From NCBI GenBank assembly GCA_046329925.1, contig JAXLTS010000011.1, positions 45,307-109,306 on the forward strand: 64,000 bases of DNA. The letters are read 5' to 3'. Below, piece after piece: positions 1 to 10,520 of this stretch. The notes beneath the pieces are model-generated. The model saw only the letters and a list, made by a program, of their open reading frames with translations. It made no database searches and was not told the origin of the DNA. The stretch's first letter is position 1; every line of letters begins with the position of its first letter. A program made the position numbers and the translations under genes. This stretch comes from Bacteroidales bacterium. Lineage in GTDB: Bacteria; Bacteroidota; Bacteroidia; Bacteroidales; JAAYUG01.

Positions 1-52
1 ATGAACGGGTCCTGCACAAGTCATACAATCTGGCTCTCAGGAACCGTTAACA

Positions 53-1630
53 TCATATAGATCGCAGCCTGTACAAGAGTAATTCGTTGCCCGGCGACAA
101 TTCCAATCCCTTCAACAGGATCTCCCGGGCCTTTTTTGACTGACCCTTCTTAAAATAATATAAGGCAGCGGCTGTATATGCTTCACCTATTTCGGATGTT
201 GGCAGATTCACATCCTTGTGCCCGGCCGCCAGTTGTTCGAACATGCTTCTGTATTTCTCAGCCTGAACCACCTCAGCCAGATCATACAGAGAAGTGAAAT
301 GTTCCAGCAGAGTGGAAAGATATATAAGCATATACAGCCCATTCGTTTCCAGATCAGGAAACTGTTGGTTCCACTCATCAAATTTTCCGATCCGTTCCGC
401 CAGGTTCATTCCCTGGAGCCCCGTATGAATGCAGGCTACAAAAGCCGTTTGCACTTCAATACTCCTTGATTTTTCCAGGTAGGCTGCCTGAAATGATTTA
501 ATGGCCTCGGAAAAGTTGGCTTTTAAAAAATAAAACCTTCCCTTTTCATACTGGTAAATGTAATTAAGCTCGGAATGCACATTCAAATCTGCAATACCTT
601 TCAGCATGTATTCGGACATGCCGGAATAATGCTCCAGTTCCCCATTCTCAATAAGAATGCGCTGTGTAACACGTCCATATTCGGCATTGATCTCCTCCAC
701 CTCAACCCCGGATCCAACAAACCAGGATGCCATGATAAACAGATCCCAGTCTTTCGCAGTTTTAAATTCGGCTGACCGAAAGCAATTGCCCAGGATGGAG
801 ACAGCATAAAACCACTGCCTCATGGCAGGATTAAGCACATAGGATTTCAGCATCATATCCATTGTTGGCCGGGTGTTTCCCTGTCTGGCTTCGGATAAGC
901 CTGCCAACATATACAGCAAGCCTGCCAGGTTATCCGGTTGAAGAACAGCCTTACCAAAGAAATACTCGCTAAAAATGTCCTCCCGGTGGCTTCCTTTGCC
1001 CTCATCTTCCTGTATTTTTTTCTGCCCGGCCAGAAATCCGATGAACGCATCTTTTATGTTTTCATCCACCTGAAATGTAAAACTTTCTGGTACCGGGAAA
1101 CTTATTTCCTGAACTTTTCCTACGGGGAAAGCTAGTATTGAGACTCCGTCCTCCTGCTGGCGCATCTCAGAGGGAATGCCCAGGCGATCGAGCAACAGGT
1201 AAGTCAGGGCAGAAGCCGTATAACTGTTGTAACTCCCGTCAATAAAAATCCGGTCAAAGGTACTTTCAAACGAATACCTCTTAAGAAACATTTCCTGCAT
1301 TTTCTTCTGAATCATTTGAATCCTGGTCTTTTCGGGCTTCTTTTGAAAAGACGTGGTATTCAGTTCCCTGAGGTAATTCTCTATTCTGGCACTGGCAGCA
1401 GAATACAGGGATTCCCCACTGCCAGGTGCAGCCGAGAGAAAAAGCCGCAGATAAAAATCATTGTTCCGGGGCTGTTTTTCCAGAAATAGTGTTTTTTCCC
1501 AGGGACCCGAGAAAGTCACGAATTGGAGGTCCACCCTGGGAGGTAACTGCGCAAGGAGTCCGTTAGACTGCAGTAAATATACTGTCAGTGAAAAAAGAAA
1601 CAGGGAAAGGCCCTTCAATCTGTCATTCAT
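53..1630 (-). CDS. Hypothetical secreted protein (N-terminal signal peptide; C-terminal TPR-like helical region)
   Basis: 525-aa ORF with hydrophobic N-terminal signal (LSLFLFSLTVYLL...AQ); C-terminal half has TPR-like periodicity (AYLEKS..., AALYYFKKGQSKKAREILLKGLELSP). No confidently recognisable catalytic motif. Confidence 0.5.
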   Translation of the reverse strand: MNDRLKGLSLFLFSLTVYLLQSNGLLAQLPPRVDLQFVTFSGPWEKTLFLEKQPRNNDFYLRLFLSAAPGSGESLYSAASARIENYLRELNTTSFQKKPEKTRIQMIQKKMQEMFLKRYSFESTFDRIFIDGSYNSYTASALTYLLLDRLGIPSEMRQQEDGVSILAFPVGKVQEISFPVPESFTFQVDENIKDAFIGFLAGQKKIQEDEGKGSHREDIFSEYFFGKAVLQPDNLAGLLYMLAGLSEARQGNTRPTMDMMLKSYVLNPAMRQWFYAVSILGNCFRSAEFKTAKDWDLFIMASWFVGSGVEVEEINAEYGRVTQRILIENGELEHYSGMSEYMLKGIADLNVHSELNYIYQYEKGRFYFLKANFSEAIKSFQAAYLEKSRSIEVQTAFVACIHTGLQGMNLAERIGKFDEWNQQFPDLETNGLYMLIYLSTLLEHFTSLYDLAEVVQAEKYRSMFEQLAAGHKDVNLPTSEIGEAYTAAALYYFKKGQSKKAREILLKGLELSPGNELLLYRLRSI

Positions 1631-1844
1631 AGAAAAAAGCTATGTTTTAAAGTAACTACCATTTATTGAAATATCAAAGTCTAAACTGCTCAAAAACATT
1701 AACATGACTTCGTTATTCAATAGGAATGCATGGAACGGACAAAGTGATTCCAAAAAAACATAGTATATCCGGGATTATGCTTATTTTTAAGGACCGCCAA
1801 TTGGCAGGTGATCAGAATATCTGGTTTTTTACCATACGGGAATT

Positions 1845-3473
1845 ATGAATCAACTGACGACTCTCTGGCATAAAGTCTCCGGAATAGGAGTTGCCACCCT
1901 TGAGGATGAGAAGAACGCCCGCCAGCTAATACTGGTTAACAGGCTCAGCTTTGTCCTTTTCCTGATGGTAATTGTGATCATAATTACGGATATTCTTCAA
2001 TTTCCTGAGGATTACAGGCACTTCAGGGTTCCCGCCCAGCATTTAGTTTTCACCTTACTTTCTGCTTTGTTCCCACTTGTTCTTAACGCACTCGGGAAGC
2101 ATACACTGGCTAAAATCTGGTTTTCCATTGTCCCACCCTTTATTTTTCTGCTGTACCCGGTACTGTTCGGCTTTGTAAAGGAAGAATTCTATTTCTGGGT
2201 TCCGTATACTGCGATTGCCCTGTCTATCATTCCGCATTTCATTTTTTCGTGGAAACGGGACCGGGTATACTATTTAATACCACTCATATTCTGTTTATTT
2301 ATTTCATTATTTACTGAAGAAATCTTTGGCTATTTCAGTAAAAGCGAGTTGCCCATCGAGTCGATCATTGCCCAGTCAATCGTTTTTCAGAAACTGGGCC
2401 GCATTTTTATTTTTCTCTTCCTCAACATTTCCCTGGCTTATTTTATCATGTTTGCGTTTAGGGAGGAAGAACTGCTCAAAAATGCAAACCTGGAACTTCA
2501 GCGAACAAATGAACTTGTTCTGCAACAATCTGATGAACTGGCAGGAAAGAATTACCAGTTAAAGGAACAGCATGAAGAGATCCATGCGCAGAATGAAGAG
2601 CTGCACGAACAACAGGATGAACTGAATGTACAGAATGAAGAACTCAGTGCCACGCTGGAACAGTTGCGATACATGCAGCAACAGTTAATCCAGTCGGAAA
2701 AGATGGCTTCCGTTGGAGTGCTGACAGCCGGGATAGCACACGAGATAAACAATCCTATCAACTTCATCAGTTCCGGAGTGGATGCATTAAAAGTGCTGCT
2801 GTCCGACTTTCAGAAGATTCTTCTGCAATTCGAAGAACTCAACGCAGATAATATCAGCGAAAAATTATCCGGCATCCGGGCAATGCAGGAAGAACTGGGA
2901 TATCATGAGATGGTAGGAAATATCGATCGTTTAACCGGGAACATCTCAACAGGTGTCGGCCGCGTTACTGAAATAATCCGCAGCCTGCGAATTTTTTCCC
3001 GACTCGACCAGCATGAACTTGCAGAATGCAACTTGAATGAATTCCTGGAATCGGCGCTGGTACTACTTTTTCATCAATACAAGAACAGAATTGACATCCA
3101 GCGCAACTTTGGTGAAATTCCGGTAATACAATGCAACCCGGTTCAGATCAACCAGGTATTTGTGAACATCCTCATCAATGCCATCGATGCCATCGAGCGC
3201 AACGGGATGATCAGTATTGCAACGCGATATCTTCAAAAAGAAGAACGGGTCGAGATCCGTATCAGGGATACAGGGGCCGGGATTCCTCAGGATGTCCTGC
3301 CGCGTATTTTCGAACCATTCTTCACAACCAAGGATGTCGGAAAGGGAACCGGATTGGGTCTGGCGATTACCTACAGCATTATTGAGAATCACAAAGGATC
3401 TATCCTGGCTGAGTCAAAACCCGGGGAAGGAACTGAATTCATCATTTCGCTTCCGATTAAACAGGAAAAATAA
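1845..3473 (+). CDS. Membrane sensor histidine kinase (multi-TM N-terminus, coiled coil, HisKA, HATPase_c)
   Basis: Approximately 6 hydrophobic helices in the first 210 aa; coiled-coil QQSDELAGKNYQLKEQHEEIHAQNEEL; H-box AHEINNPINF; N/G boxes (NILINAIDAI, DTGAGIP, GTGLGLAI). Confidence 0.85.
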   Translation: MNQLTTLWHKVSGIGVATLEDEKNARQLILVNRLSFVLFLMVIVIIITDILQFPEDYRHFRVPAQHLVFTLLSALFPLVLNALGKHTLAKIWFSIVPPFIFLLYPVLFGFVKEEFYFWVPYTAIALSIIPHFIFSWKRDRVYYLIPLIFCLFISLFTEEIFGYFSKSELPIESIIAQSIVFQKLGRIFIFLFLNISLAYFIMFAFREEELLKNANLELQRTNELVLQQSDELAGKNYQLKEQHEEIHAQNEELHEQQDELNVQNEELSATLEQLRYMQQQLIQSEKMASVGVLTAGIAHEINNPINFISSGVDALKVLLSDFQKILLQFEELNADNISEKLSGIRAMQEELGYHEMVGNIDRLTGNISTGVGRVTEIIRSLRIFSRLDQHELAECNLNEFLESALVLLFHQYKNRIDIQRNFGEIPVIQCNPVQINQVFVNILINAIDAIERNGMISIATRYLQKEERVEIRIRDTGAGIPQDVLPRIFEPFFTTKDVGKGTGLGLAITYSIIENHKGSILAESKPGEGTEFIISLPIKQEK

Positions 3474-3494
3474 TTCTTCATTTATGATATTTAT

Positions 3495-4628
3495 ATGAAA
3501 GGCCCCATCCTGTATATCGATGACGAACAGGCCAACCTGGACGGGTTACGCTTGTCACTGCGTAAGGAATATGATATTATCACAGCCGATTCCGCAGAAA
3601 AAGGGTTGGCAATCCTGGACACACAGGTCATAAAGGTCATTCTTTGTGATCAGCGAATGCCTGGCATTACAGGAGTAGAATTTCTCGAACAAGCCATGAA
3701 GAAGTATCCCCAGCTGCCCCGGATTCTTGTAACGGGATACAGTGATCCCGATGCAGTAATCATGGCTATAAACACAGCAAAGATTTTTCATTACATATCC
3801 AAACCCTGGCAGTTACACGATTTGCGCATTGTACTTGATAATGCCCTGGTGCAATACGACCTGAAGAAGGAGAATGAGAGTCTTATTCAGAATCTGCTCA
3901 CCACCAACCAGGAACTTTCAGTTGCCAAGGCCAGGGCAGAGGAGAGCGATCATCTTAAAACAGCCTTCCTGGCCAACATGTCGCATGAGATACGGACTCC
4001 CATGAACGGGATCCTGGGATTTGCCAGCTTATTGGGAGACCAGGAACTGGAAGAGGAAAAGAAGAAAATGTTTCTGAATGAAATCACCGGAAATTGCCAT
4101 GAACTGCTCTTCACCATGGAAAACATTTATAACATTGCCATGATTGAAACAAAGCAGGTAAAGGTGAGACCGATGAGGTTTCAATTAAACAATTTACTGG
4201 ATGAACTGGAGCAGGAGTTTTTACCCGCCTGTAATAAGAAAAATCTGTTTCTCAGCGTATTGAAGAATCTGCCCGATCGTGATTGTCACCTGTCCTCCGA
4301 CCCTCAGATAATCAAGCAGGTGTTATTGCAACTGCTGCATAACGCGGTGAAATTTACCGATGCAGGGCAACTTGAAATGGGCTACCTGATTGTACCTGAT
4401 GAATGGATCTTTTTTGTGAAAGATACCGGTCCCGGAATCGATCCTCCGACGCAGGAAGTTATTTTTGAGCGATTTAAAAAAGTTGAGCACGACCCGGACA
4501 GGCTCTATGCCGGGACAGGTCTTGGGCTGGCCATCAGCAAGGCTTTTGTGGAGCTCCTGGGGGGAAAGATATGGCTGGAATCGGAAAAAGGAAAAGGGAC
4601 ACATTTTTACTTTTCCATTCCCAAATAA
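3495..4628 (+). CDS. Hybrid response-regulator receiver / histidine kinase (REC-HisKA-HATPase)
   Basis: N-terminal REC (ILYIDDEQANL...ILCDQRMPGITG...ILVTGY); H-box MSHEIRTPMNGILGF; HATPase motifs (LHNAVKFT, DTGPGI, GTGLGLAISK). Starts 22 bp after the upstream histidine kinase. Confidence 0.85.
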   Translation: MKGPILYIDDEQANLDGLRLSLRKEYDIITADSAEKGLAILDTQVIKVILCDQRMPGITGVEFLEQAMKKYPQLPRILVTGYSDPDAVIMAINTAKIFHYISKPWQLHDLRIVLDNALVQYDLKKENESLIQNLLTTNQELSVAKARAEESDHLKTAFLANMSHEIRTPMNGILGFASLLGDQELEEEKKKMFLNEITGNCHELLFTMENIYNIAMIETKQVKVRPMRFQLNNLLDELEQEFLPACNKKNLFLSVLKNLPDRDCHLSSDPQIIKQVLLQLLHNAVKFTDAGQLEMGYLIVPDEWIFFVKDTGPGIDPPTQEVIFERFKKVEHDPDRLYAGTGLGLAISKAFVELLGGKIWLESEKGKGTHFYFSIPK

Positions 4629-4745
4629 GACTGAGTTGCTGAACTCACCAGAGAATCCTGCTTTGCCTGTGGCCTGAAATTTTACCCTGCCATTTTTTGC
4701 CGGGAAAACTTCAAGTACAGGTTCCACTAATTCCAACCAATCCCA

Positions 4746-7700
4746 TTATTGAACAATCAGTTTTTTTACCAGTACAAATGATTCATCTCCTTCGGCCCGT
4801 AAAAAATAAACTCCTCCGGCCAGTTTATCCAGATCCAGCCTGATATCGAGATTCTCCTGAGTGACTCCTCTGAATACCTGCATTATTTCACGTCCTGTAT
4901 AATCAAATAGCTTTATCGTCACCAGCAAATCCGGAGCCAGGCCAGACAGTCTTACCTGACAGTTTTCGTCGGCGGGATTCGGGAAGACAATCATAGCGGT
5001 GTTCAAAGAAGCAGACGGACTTTTCGAACTGGTTAAAAGTCCCGGTCGTCCACCGGATGGCCAACTGGCGGCTGATCTGTAAATGCCGTTGTAGGCAAAT
5101 ATTCTGTAAAAATAAAGATGGTTGGTATCTACGCTGTTATCGTGGTAGAAGGTTGTAGAAACAGGTAACCGAATCAGTTCCATGTAATGATCCTTACCAT
5201 CAATTGACCGCTCAATTACATATCCGGTTGCATCCGTAGACCTTGTCCATTCAAGCACAATACGTGTATAAGGCGCAGCTCCGGAATTACCGGCAATAAA
5301 ATTGGATGGAACTGCAGGCATTCCGAACTTCGTAAATATTACCTCCGTCGAATAATCCGGAATAGCATGCTGGCCTATGAATGCTGCAAGTATGACTGAG
5401 GAGGATAACGTAAATTCGATATCCTGCAGTGCAACTGCTGTCTCCCGGAAATTTCCGGATTTTTTTATAAGAATTTTCGCAGAAAACCCCCAGTCTCCAC
5501 CGGCAGTATACAAGGTGTCGTGGCTTATTTTAAATTCATATCCACCTCGTCCCTGAAGGTCGGGTAATCCAGTTGAGGAATTATTATCAGTATCCAGAAA
5601 TACCATTACATTTTCACCCGATGGACCAATAATACTGATGTAAAGTGAATCTCCGAAATTCACTGCCCTCAGCATCGAGGTGATCCCGGAAAATCCTGTT
5701 GCCAGAGGTTTAACAATACTCCAGTCCAGGGAGTCTCCATCGACCTTCACCTGAAGAAATTCAGGAACCATTCCTCTGGCATATACGGATTGCGTCTCGG
5801 TTGCTTCAGAAAAACAGGATCCATCCGTTTGATAAATCCGATACCTGTACTGAATTGTCGAATCCAGGTTATTATCCAGGTAGGTGATTTCCTGAGCCGG
5901 CATTATGGCAATATTTTCAAAATCCGAACTCCCTCCGGCTCGTTGCAATACCGTATAAAGATTGTTTTCTGCAAGGCCCTGCCAGTATAACCGGTTATTT
6001 CCCTGCCAGCTTACCAGACCGGGGGATGGCACCGGATCAAGCAACATTTTCACCTTACAGAAGGAGGCGTTTTGCAGAGGCAGGTAGGATGATTGGACTA
6101 TCCCCTGTTGATCATTCACAAATGCCATTCTGAATCCTCTCCCTGGAATTACCGCATTCAGTGCAGCCAATGGAAATGCAAATTCAATTACCGAATCAGA
6201 TTGGATCACTGAAACCACCCCCAACTCAGACCAGCCCCAGGCATGATCAATACCTGTGTACTTGTACAGAATCCCATTTTCAATCAGGTAATCGCTGCCG
6301 TTTGGCTGCCATTGCCATGCATTGTAGCCGGAGGTTATATTTTCGTCGGCATCGATAAAAAGCTGAAAGGAAGATTGGAGATTTTTTCCGGAAACCATAA
6401 AAAACAGGGAGTCGCTCTGATTTTTCACCCTGATATTCCTGGCCGGGTCTGACAGGCTGGCAGAGCAATCCGGGATCCCCTTCCAGTCAGTGGTAAATCC
6501 GTCGACAACTATTCTGGAGCGTAACAAAATCACTGGTGTCCTTGTTGTGAAATACTGTGAACCAGTGTAATCCGGCAGCAAATCGTTATCATCCACCTGG
6601 AGCTGAAACTGCAAATCGTTGAGACCGGTTTCTTTTTCCCATACCTGGTTATTGGCAAAGCGGATAGCATATTCAGGGCGGCGGTAAAGTGAGAATTCAG
6701 GATCAGGCATGGATAGGAAGAGCCTGTATTGCCCGGCACCGATGGCCTGGGGGAGTCCAAATTCCTTATGCAAATGAATGGTATCATTCAGGGGCCAGAA
6801 GCGCGGATCATCTTCCAGATCAACCATGAATTCTTCCCCGGAGGAGGTGTTACGTAGAACGAGTTCCACTTTTCGCGGATTAACCGGGTTGGAAAACCCG
6901 GTGTTTATCAGCCGGAGATCCAGGCTGAATGCTCCGCCCGGTTTTGCAGCCTGCTGAAAACTTCCTTCAATGAGGTGATAGCGGTAACCCAGCTTATTTA
7001 CCACCGTCTCAAAACAGCCCTGGGTTCTCCAACCACTCAGTACGCCGGGGTGGTAATCTATATTAAGCGTTGTCCAGTGAAAGCGTGCCATTTCAGCCAG
7101 TGCATTGGGGCAATCTGAACAAGGGGTACAGGTGTTGCAGGTCTCTCCTCCCACCATCAGGTATTTCGAATCACGTTCCAGGTAATATTTTTCCTTTGGA
7201 ATATTGTCATAGGTACCATAATCATCAGTACTGGCGACAAAGCAATCGTTGTGATGAGCCAGACGTGCTTTCGGCAAGCTTGTATACGCCTGATCCGCCT
7301 GCAGGGGAACAGTGTCCCCGTCAAGAAGTTTATACTTGTACCCGGGAGTCCTTAGTTGAACCATCCGGTCTTCCGGTAGGGCTTCCAGCAAGGCATCCAC
7401 CAGTGCTTTTCTTTTGGCCCAGTGTTCCGGAAAAATAACTCCCGGTGACAAGGCATAATTGCTGGTATAATACCATTCGCCCCAGGCTCCAATAAATCCA
7501 GCCTGCAGGACCAGGATTACATCGGCATGCTTCTGCAGCAAGGGTTTAAGTTGCTCTATATGCCGCAAGGCAATTTCAATCGGAGCATCACCATAAGGTT
7601 TCACCATACTTTCGCTATACGCAAACCTGATCACTGCCTTCATCCCGGCTTTCCGGAGGGTATTAAAATCTTCTTCCATCCCTGCAAGGTATGCACCGGA

Positions 7701-7961
7701 TATTTCAGTTGCAGAAAAATTCTCCAGGTAGAAATACCGGAACAACACACTTATTCCCTGGTCCCTGTATCCCAGAAGTGTATTCAGGTTGATTGTATTA
7801 TAGGCTGTTTTGGAAGATACTGAAGAAAAACGATAAAAGCCCCGTTCCGGATTGGTAAGTACTGAATCATTGGAAACATAGGTAATCCGGCTGGCAGACT
7901 GGCCCGAAAGGACTCCGGACAACCCAAGAAATATCAGGCAAATGGACAGGATGCGTTGCAT
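4746..7961 (-). CDS. T9SS-sorted secreted glycoside-hydrolase-like protein (DUF4874/DUF4832-like core, Fn3-like modules, Por-secretion C-terminal domain)
   Basis: Signal peptide; N-terminal motifs typical of DUF4874 (NPERGFY...) then DUF4832 (ARLAHHNDCF...); Fn3-like segments (YRYRIYQTDGS, YFYRIFAYNG); the C-terminal roughly 80 aa match the T9SS type-A sorting domain pattern (KLFDYTGREI...GVYFLRAEGD...KKLIVQ). It is the last gene of the SusC/SusD locus. Confidence 0.7.
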   Translation of the reverse strand: MQRILSICLIFLGLSGVLSGQSASRITYVSNDSVLTNPERGFYRFSSVSSKTAYNTINLNTLLGYRDQGISVLFRYFYLENFSATEISGAYLAGMEEDFNTLRKAGMKAVIRFAYSESMVKPYGDAPIEIALRHIEQLKPLLQKHADVILVLQAGFIGAWGEWYYTSNYALSPGVIFPEHWAKRKALVDALLEALPEDRMVQLRTPGYKYKLLDGDTVPLQADQAYTSLPKARLAHHNDCFVASTDDYGTYDNIPKEKYYLERDSKYLMVGGETCNTCTPCSDCPNALAEMARFHWTTLNIDYHPGVLSGWRTQGCFETVVNKLGYRYHLIEGSFQQAAKPGGAFSLDLRLINTGFSNPVNPRKVELVLRNTSSGEEFMVDLEDDPRFWPLNDTIHLHKEFGLPQAIGAGQYRLFLSMPDPEFSLYRRPEYAIRFANNQVWEKETGLNDLQFQLQVDDNDLLPDYTGSQYFTTRTPVILLRSRIVVDGFTTDWKGIPDCSASLSDPARNIRVKNQSDSLFFMVSGKNLQSSFQLFIDADENITSGYNAWQWQPNGSDYLIENGILYKYTGIDHAWGWSELGVVSVIQSDSVIEFAFPLAALNAVIPGRGFRMAFVNDQQGIVQSSYLPLQNASFCKVKMLLDPVPSPGLVSWQGNNRLYWQGLAENNLYTVLQRAGGSSDFENIAIMPAQEITYLDNNLDSTIQYRYRIYQTDGSCFSEATETQSVYARGMVPEFLQVKVDGDSLDWSIVKPLATGFSGITSMLRAVNFGDSLYISIIGPSGENVMVFLDTDNNSSTGLPDLQGRGGYEFKISHDTLYTAGGDWGFSAKILIKKSGNFRETAVALQDIEFTLSSSVILAAFIGQHAIPDYSTEVIFTKFGMPAVPSNFIAGNSGAAPYTRIVLEWTRSTDATGYVIERSIDGKDHYMELIRLPVSTTFYHDNSVDTNHLYFYRIFAYNGIYRSAASWPSGGRPGLLTSSKSPSASLNTAMIVFPNPADENCQVRLSGLAPDLLVTIKLFDYTGREIMQVFRGVTQENLDIRLDLDKLAGGVYFLRAEGDESFVLVKKLIVQ

Positions 7962-8002
7962 AGCAGGGAATAGTTTAATCGAGTCAAAGAAATCAACTGA
8001 AG

Positions 8003-8043
8003 TAAAAACATATACGCAGGCCGTAATAGCAGCCTGCGTATAT
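8003..8043 (-). terminator. Rho-independent terminator after the PKD lipoprotein gene
   Basis: Perfect 12-bp stem atatacgcaggc/gcctgcgtatat (8010-8043), followed on the minus strand by a U-rich tract (plus-strand aaaaaca at 8004-8010). Confidence 0.55.
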
Positions 8044-8062
8044 GAAATAGTTAGATCAATAA

Positions 8063-8956
8063 TCAGGGCATCTCATAAATAAAGGCAGGAGATCCGCTCA
8101 CCGGGAAAAATCCTGCCGGTTCCCAGTCGTAATAATGGTTTATTATTACAGTCAGTTTATTACCCATGGAAAGTCCTTTCTTGGGAGCAGTCATTTTGCT
8201 TCTTCTCAGGGCAAATTCTGTTTTTACAACTGCCCCATCCTGGACATGCGTGCCAAATACCACTGCGTCAGTTACTGCAACTTCAGCCCAGGGCCATCCC
8301 GGATCAAGGGCAGGATCAACTTCGAAGACACTCACCCAGGCACCTGTGGTGAAAGCACCCTCCAGGTACAAATCGGTACCAATATTGGTATTGGTCCAGG
8401 GATCAAAACCTGTGGTGGAGTCATTGTCCAGGTCCAGGTGAATACCAGTGGGTAACGAGTCAGAAAGCTGATCCTGAACTTCCATGTAGAAATACAGAAA
8501 TTCACCATCATAGTCGAGTTTCACCCGTTTCATAAGGCCGCCGTTGTTGTCTACAGCAACAAAAACATCGCTGATCGCAGCCCAGTCAGCCAGGCTGGCA
8601 TCATCCATTTTCACCACACTGGCTTTTGTGACAGTAAGCTCATACGTAAAAGTATTCTCTCCTCCCGGCCCGGTCGCTGTAAGGGTTATAGTATATTTCC
8701 CAAGCTCGGGGAATGTATGTACCGGGTTGGCCTCGGTGGAAGTTTCACCATCACCAAAATCCCAGGCAAAGCTGGTGGCATCGGTGGACTCGTTGGTGAA
8801 GGTAATGGTACGTCCGTCACCGCCTGCAGCATATGAGAACAGGGCCTCAGGGACCTTCTTTTCTTCATCTTTTGAACAGGAATTAAAAACGGAAACGAAC
8901 ACGGATAGTCCCAGCAGGACTATTGCATAACGAAGGTACGTTTTCATAAACAACAT
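8063..8956 (-). CDS. PKD-domain surface lipoprotein (SusE/SusF-position accessory glycan-binding candidate)
   Basis: Lipoprotein signal (LGLSVFVSVFNSCSKD); PKD-like segment FTNESTDATSFAWDFGDGETSTEANPVHTFPELGKYTITLTATG; sits immediately downstream of susD. Confidence 0.7.
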   Translation of the reverse strand: MLFMKTYLRYAIVLLGLSVFVSVFNSCSKDEEKKVPEALFSYAAGGDGRTITFTNESTDATSFAWDFGDGETSTEANPVHTFPELGKYTITLTATGPGGENTFTYELTVTKASVVKMDDASLADWAAISDVFVAVDNNGGLMKRVKLDYDGEFLYFYMEVQDQLSDSLPTGIHLDLDNDSTTGFDPWTNTNIGTDLYLEGAFTTGAWVSVFEVDPALDPGWPWAEVAVTDAVVFGTHVQDGAVVKTEFALRRSKMTAPKKGLSMGNKLTVIINHYYDWEPAGFFPVSGSPAFIYEMP

Positions 8957-8974
8957 TTTAGTGAGTAAAGTAAA

Positions 8975-10501
8975 TTATGGATTTTGCTTGCACAGTGTAT
9001 TAATTCTGGTCTCGTATTCCGGGATGTAATAGATATTCCTCGGATCGCTCCAGCTTACTATATTTTCAGGAGCAGGTTTTGTATAATCAACATCACTCTC
9101 CTTGAGTCCCGGAAGGTGATATCCCCAGTAAGAGCGGTTCAGATCGAGTTTATGTCGGTACAGGTCAAAGGTACGGTGCCCCTCGAAAGCAAGTTCAAGC
9201 CTGCGCTCCTTCAGCACTGTTTCCAGCAGGGTCATCCCACCGGGGACGACTCCGTCATATAGAGCAGCACCGGACAGGCCCCTCTTTTCCCGGATGGCAT
9301 CCAGGTCATCCAGGGCCAAGGCATTATTACCTTTCAATGCATTCGCCTCTGCCCTGTTGAGGTAGATCTCGGAGATGCGCAACATGGCAGGAGAGGAAAG
9401 TGTAGGCGATCCATCCTGGAAGGAAAACTTGCTGACATAATAAATTTTAATGCCGGTACCTGTTTTTTGCTGAACACCTCCCATTCCGTCTGACAAGGGC
9501 ACCACGTACTGATTTCGGGTATCTTCCAAAAATTCCTCCACGAGTTCCCGGTATGAATCCGAAGCATATTCCTCCCCCCATCCTGAGTTACCATCGGAAT
9601 AATACATGGAGGCAATCGATCCGAATTTCTTGAGGTCGTCGGCAATGGTGTATTGTACACACCAGATCGTTTCGAGAGAGGTTGGTGCATTCCGGAAGTA
9701 ATTGGGGTAGTCTGCTTCGATGGAATAAGGGCCATTTTCGATCACTTCGCCAGCATATTTGAGTACTGAATCAGGTTCGTTCATGTATAAATACACCCTT
9801 GAAAGGAGCGCCTTGGCTGCCCAGTTGGAAGCATAGGCTTTTCCCCTCATGGTGCCAGGAGCCATGAGTGAGGATGCTTTTTTAAGGTCGTCGAGAATAA
9901 AATTATATACTTCCTTCACCGAAGACCGGGCTTTCAATGTTGGCTCCTCATCAGAGGACCGGATTACGATCCCGTCTGCATCCGGATCCACTGCATATTG
10001 CTTCGCAAAAAGATTCAACAGATTGAAATGTGCGAATGCCCGCATGAAATAATTTTCTCCCACCAGTTGAAGGTTGGCAGGAGTTTTTTGTGCCAACTCT
10101 CCCCGTTCATAAACATTAATAATTGTATTGGTTGCCGAGATGATCTTATAGCTTACGTACCAGAAGTAGGAAGTATTCTCCTGCGATGGGGTAAGCTGAC
10201 GGGAGAAACTGAGATAAAATGGATCCGTGGTTACCTGTCCGCAAGTCACATTATCGCTGGCAAATTCCGTTAGAAAGAAGTATTGCCGCATATAAGAATA
10301 ATTCTGGTTCTGTACCCCATTGAAGGTAAGGACATCCTTTAGCATGGAATAATTCCCATTGGCAATATTTTGCAGACCTCCTGGCATGTTAACCAGTTTT
10401 TCCGGGGTTATCTGGTCCGTTGGATCATATTCCAGCTCACAGGATTGGAGTCCAACCAGCGCAGTGAAAATCAGAATATATGGATAAATGAACTTCTTCA
10501 T
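8975..10501 (-). CDS. SusD/RagB-family nutrient-binding outer-membrane lipoprotein
   Basis: Lipoprotein signal with Cys (ALVGLQSCELEYD); 508 aa; TPR-like helical SusD-type composition; located 19 bp downstream of SusC. Confidence 0.85.
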   Translation of the reverse strand: MKKFIYPYILIFTALVGLQSCELEYDPTDQITPEKLVNMPGGLQNIANGNYSMLKDVLTFNGVQNQNYSYMRQYFFLTEFASDNVTCGQVTTDPFYLSFSRQLTPSQENTSYFWYVSYKIISATNTIINVYERGELAQKTPANLQLVGENYFMRAFAHFNLLNLFAKQYAVDPDADGIVIRSSDEEPTLKARSSVKEVYNFILDDLKKASSLMAPGTMRGKAYASNWAAKALLSRVYLYMNEPDSVLKYAGEVIENGPYSIEADYPNYFRNAPTSLETIWCVQYTIADDLKKFGSIASMYYSDGNSGWGEEYASDSYRELVEEFLEDTRNQYVVPLSDGMGGVQQKTGTGIKIYYVSKFSFQDGSPTLSSPAMLRISEIYLNRAEANALKGNNALALDDLDAIREKRGLSGAALYDGVVPGGMTLLETVLKERRLELAFEGHRTFDLYRHKLDLNRSYWGYHLPGLKESDVDYTKPAPENIVSWSDPRNIYYIPEYETRINTLCKQNP

Positions 10502-10520
10502 GACATTTAAGTATTGAAGA

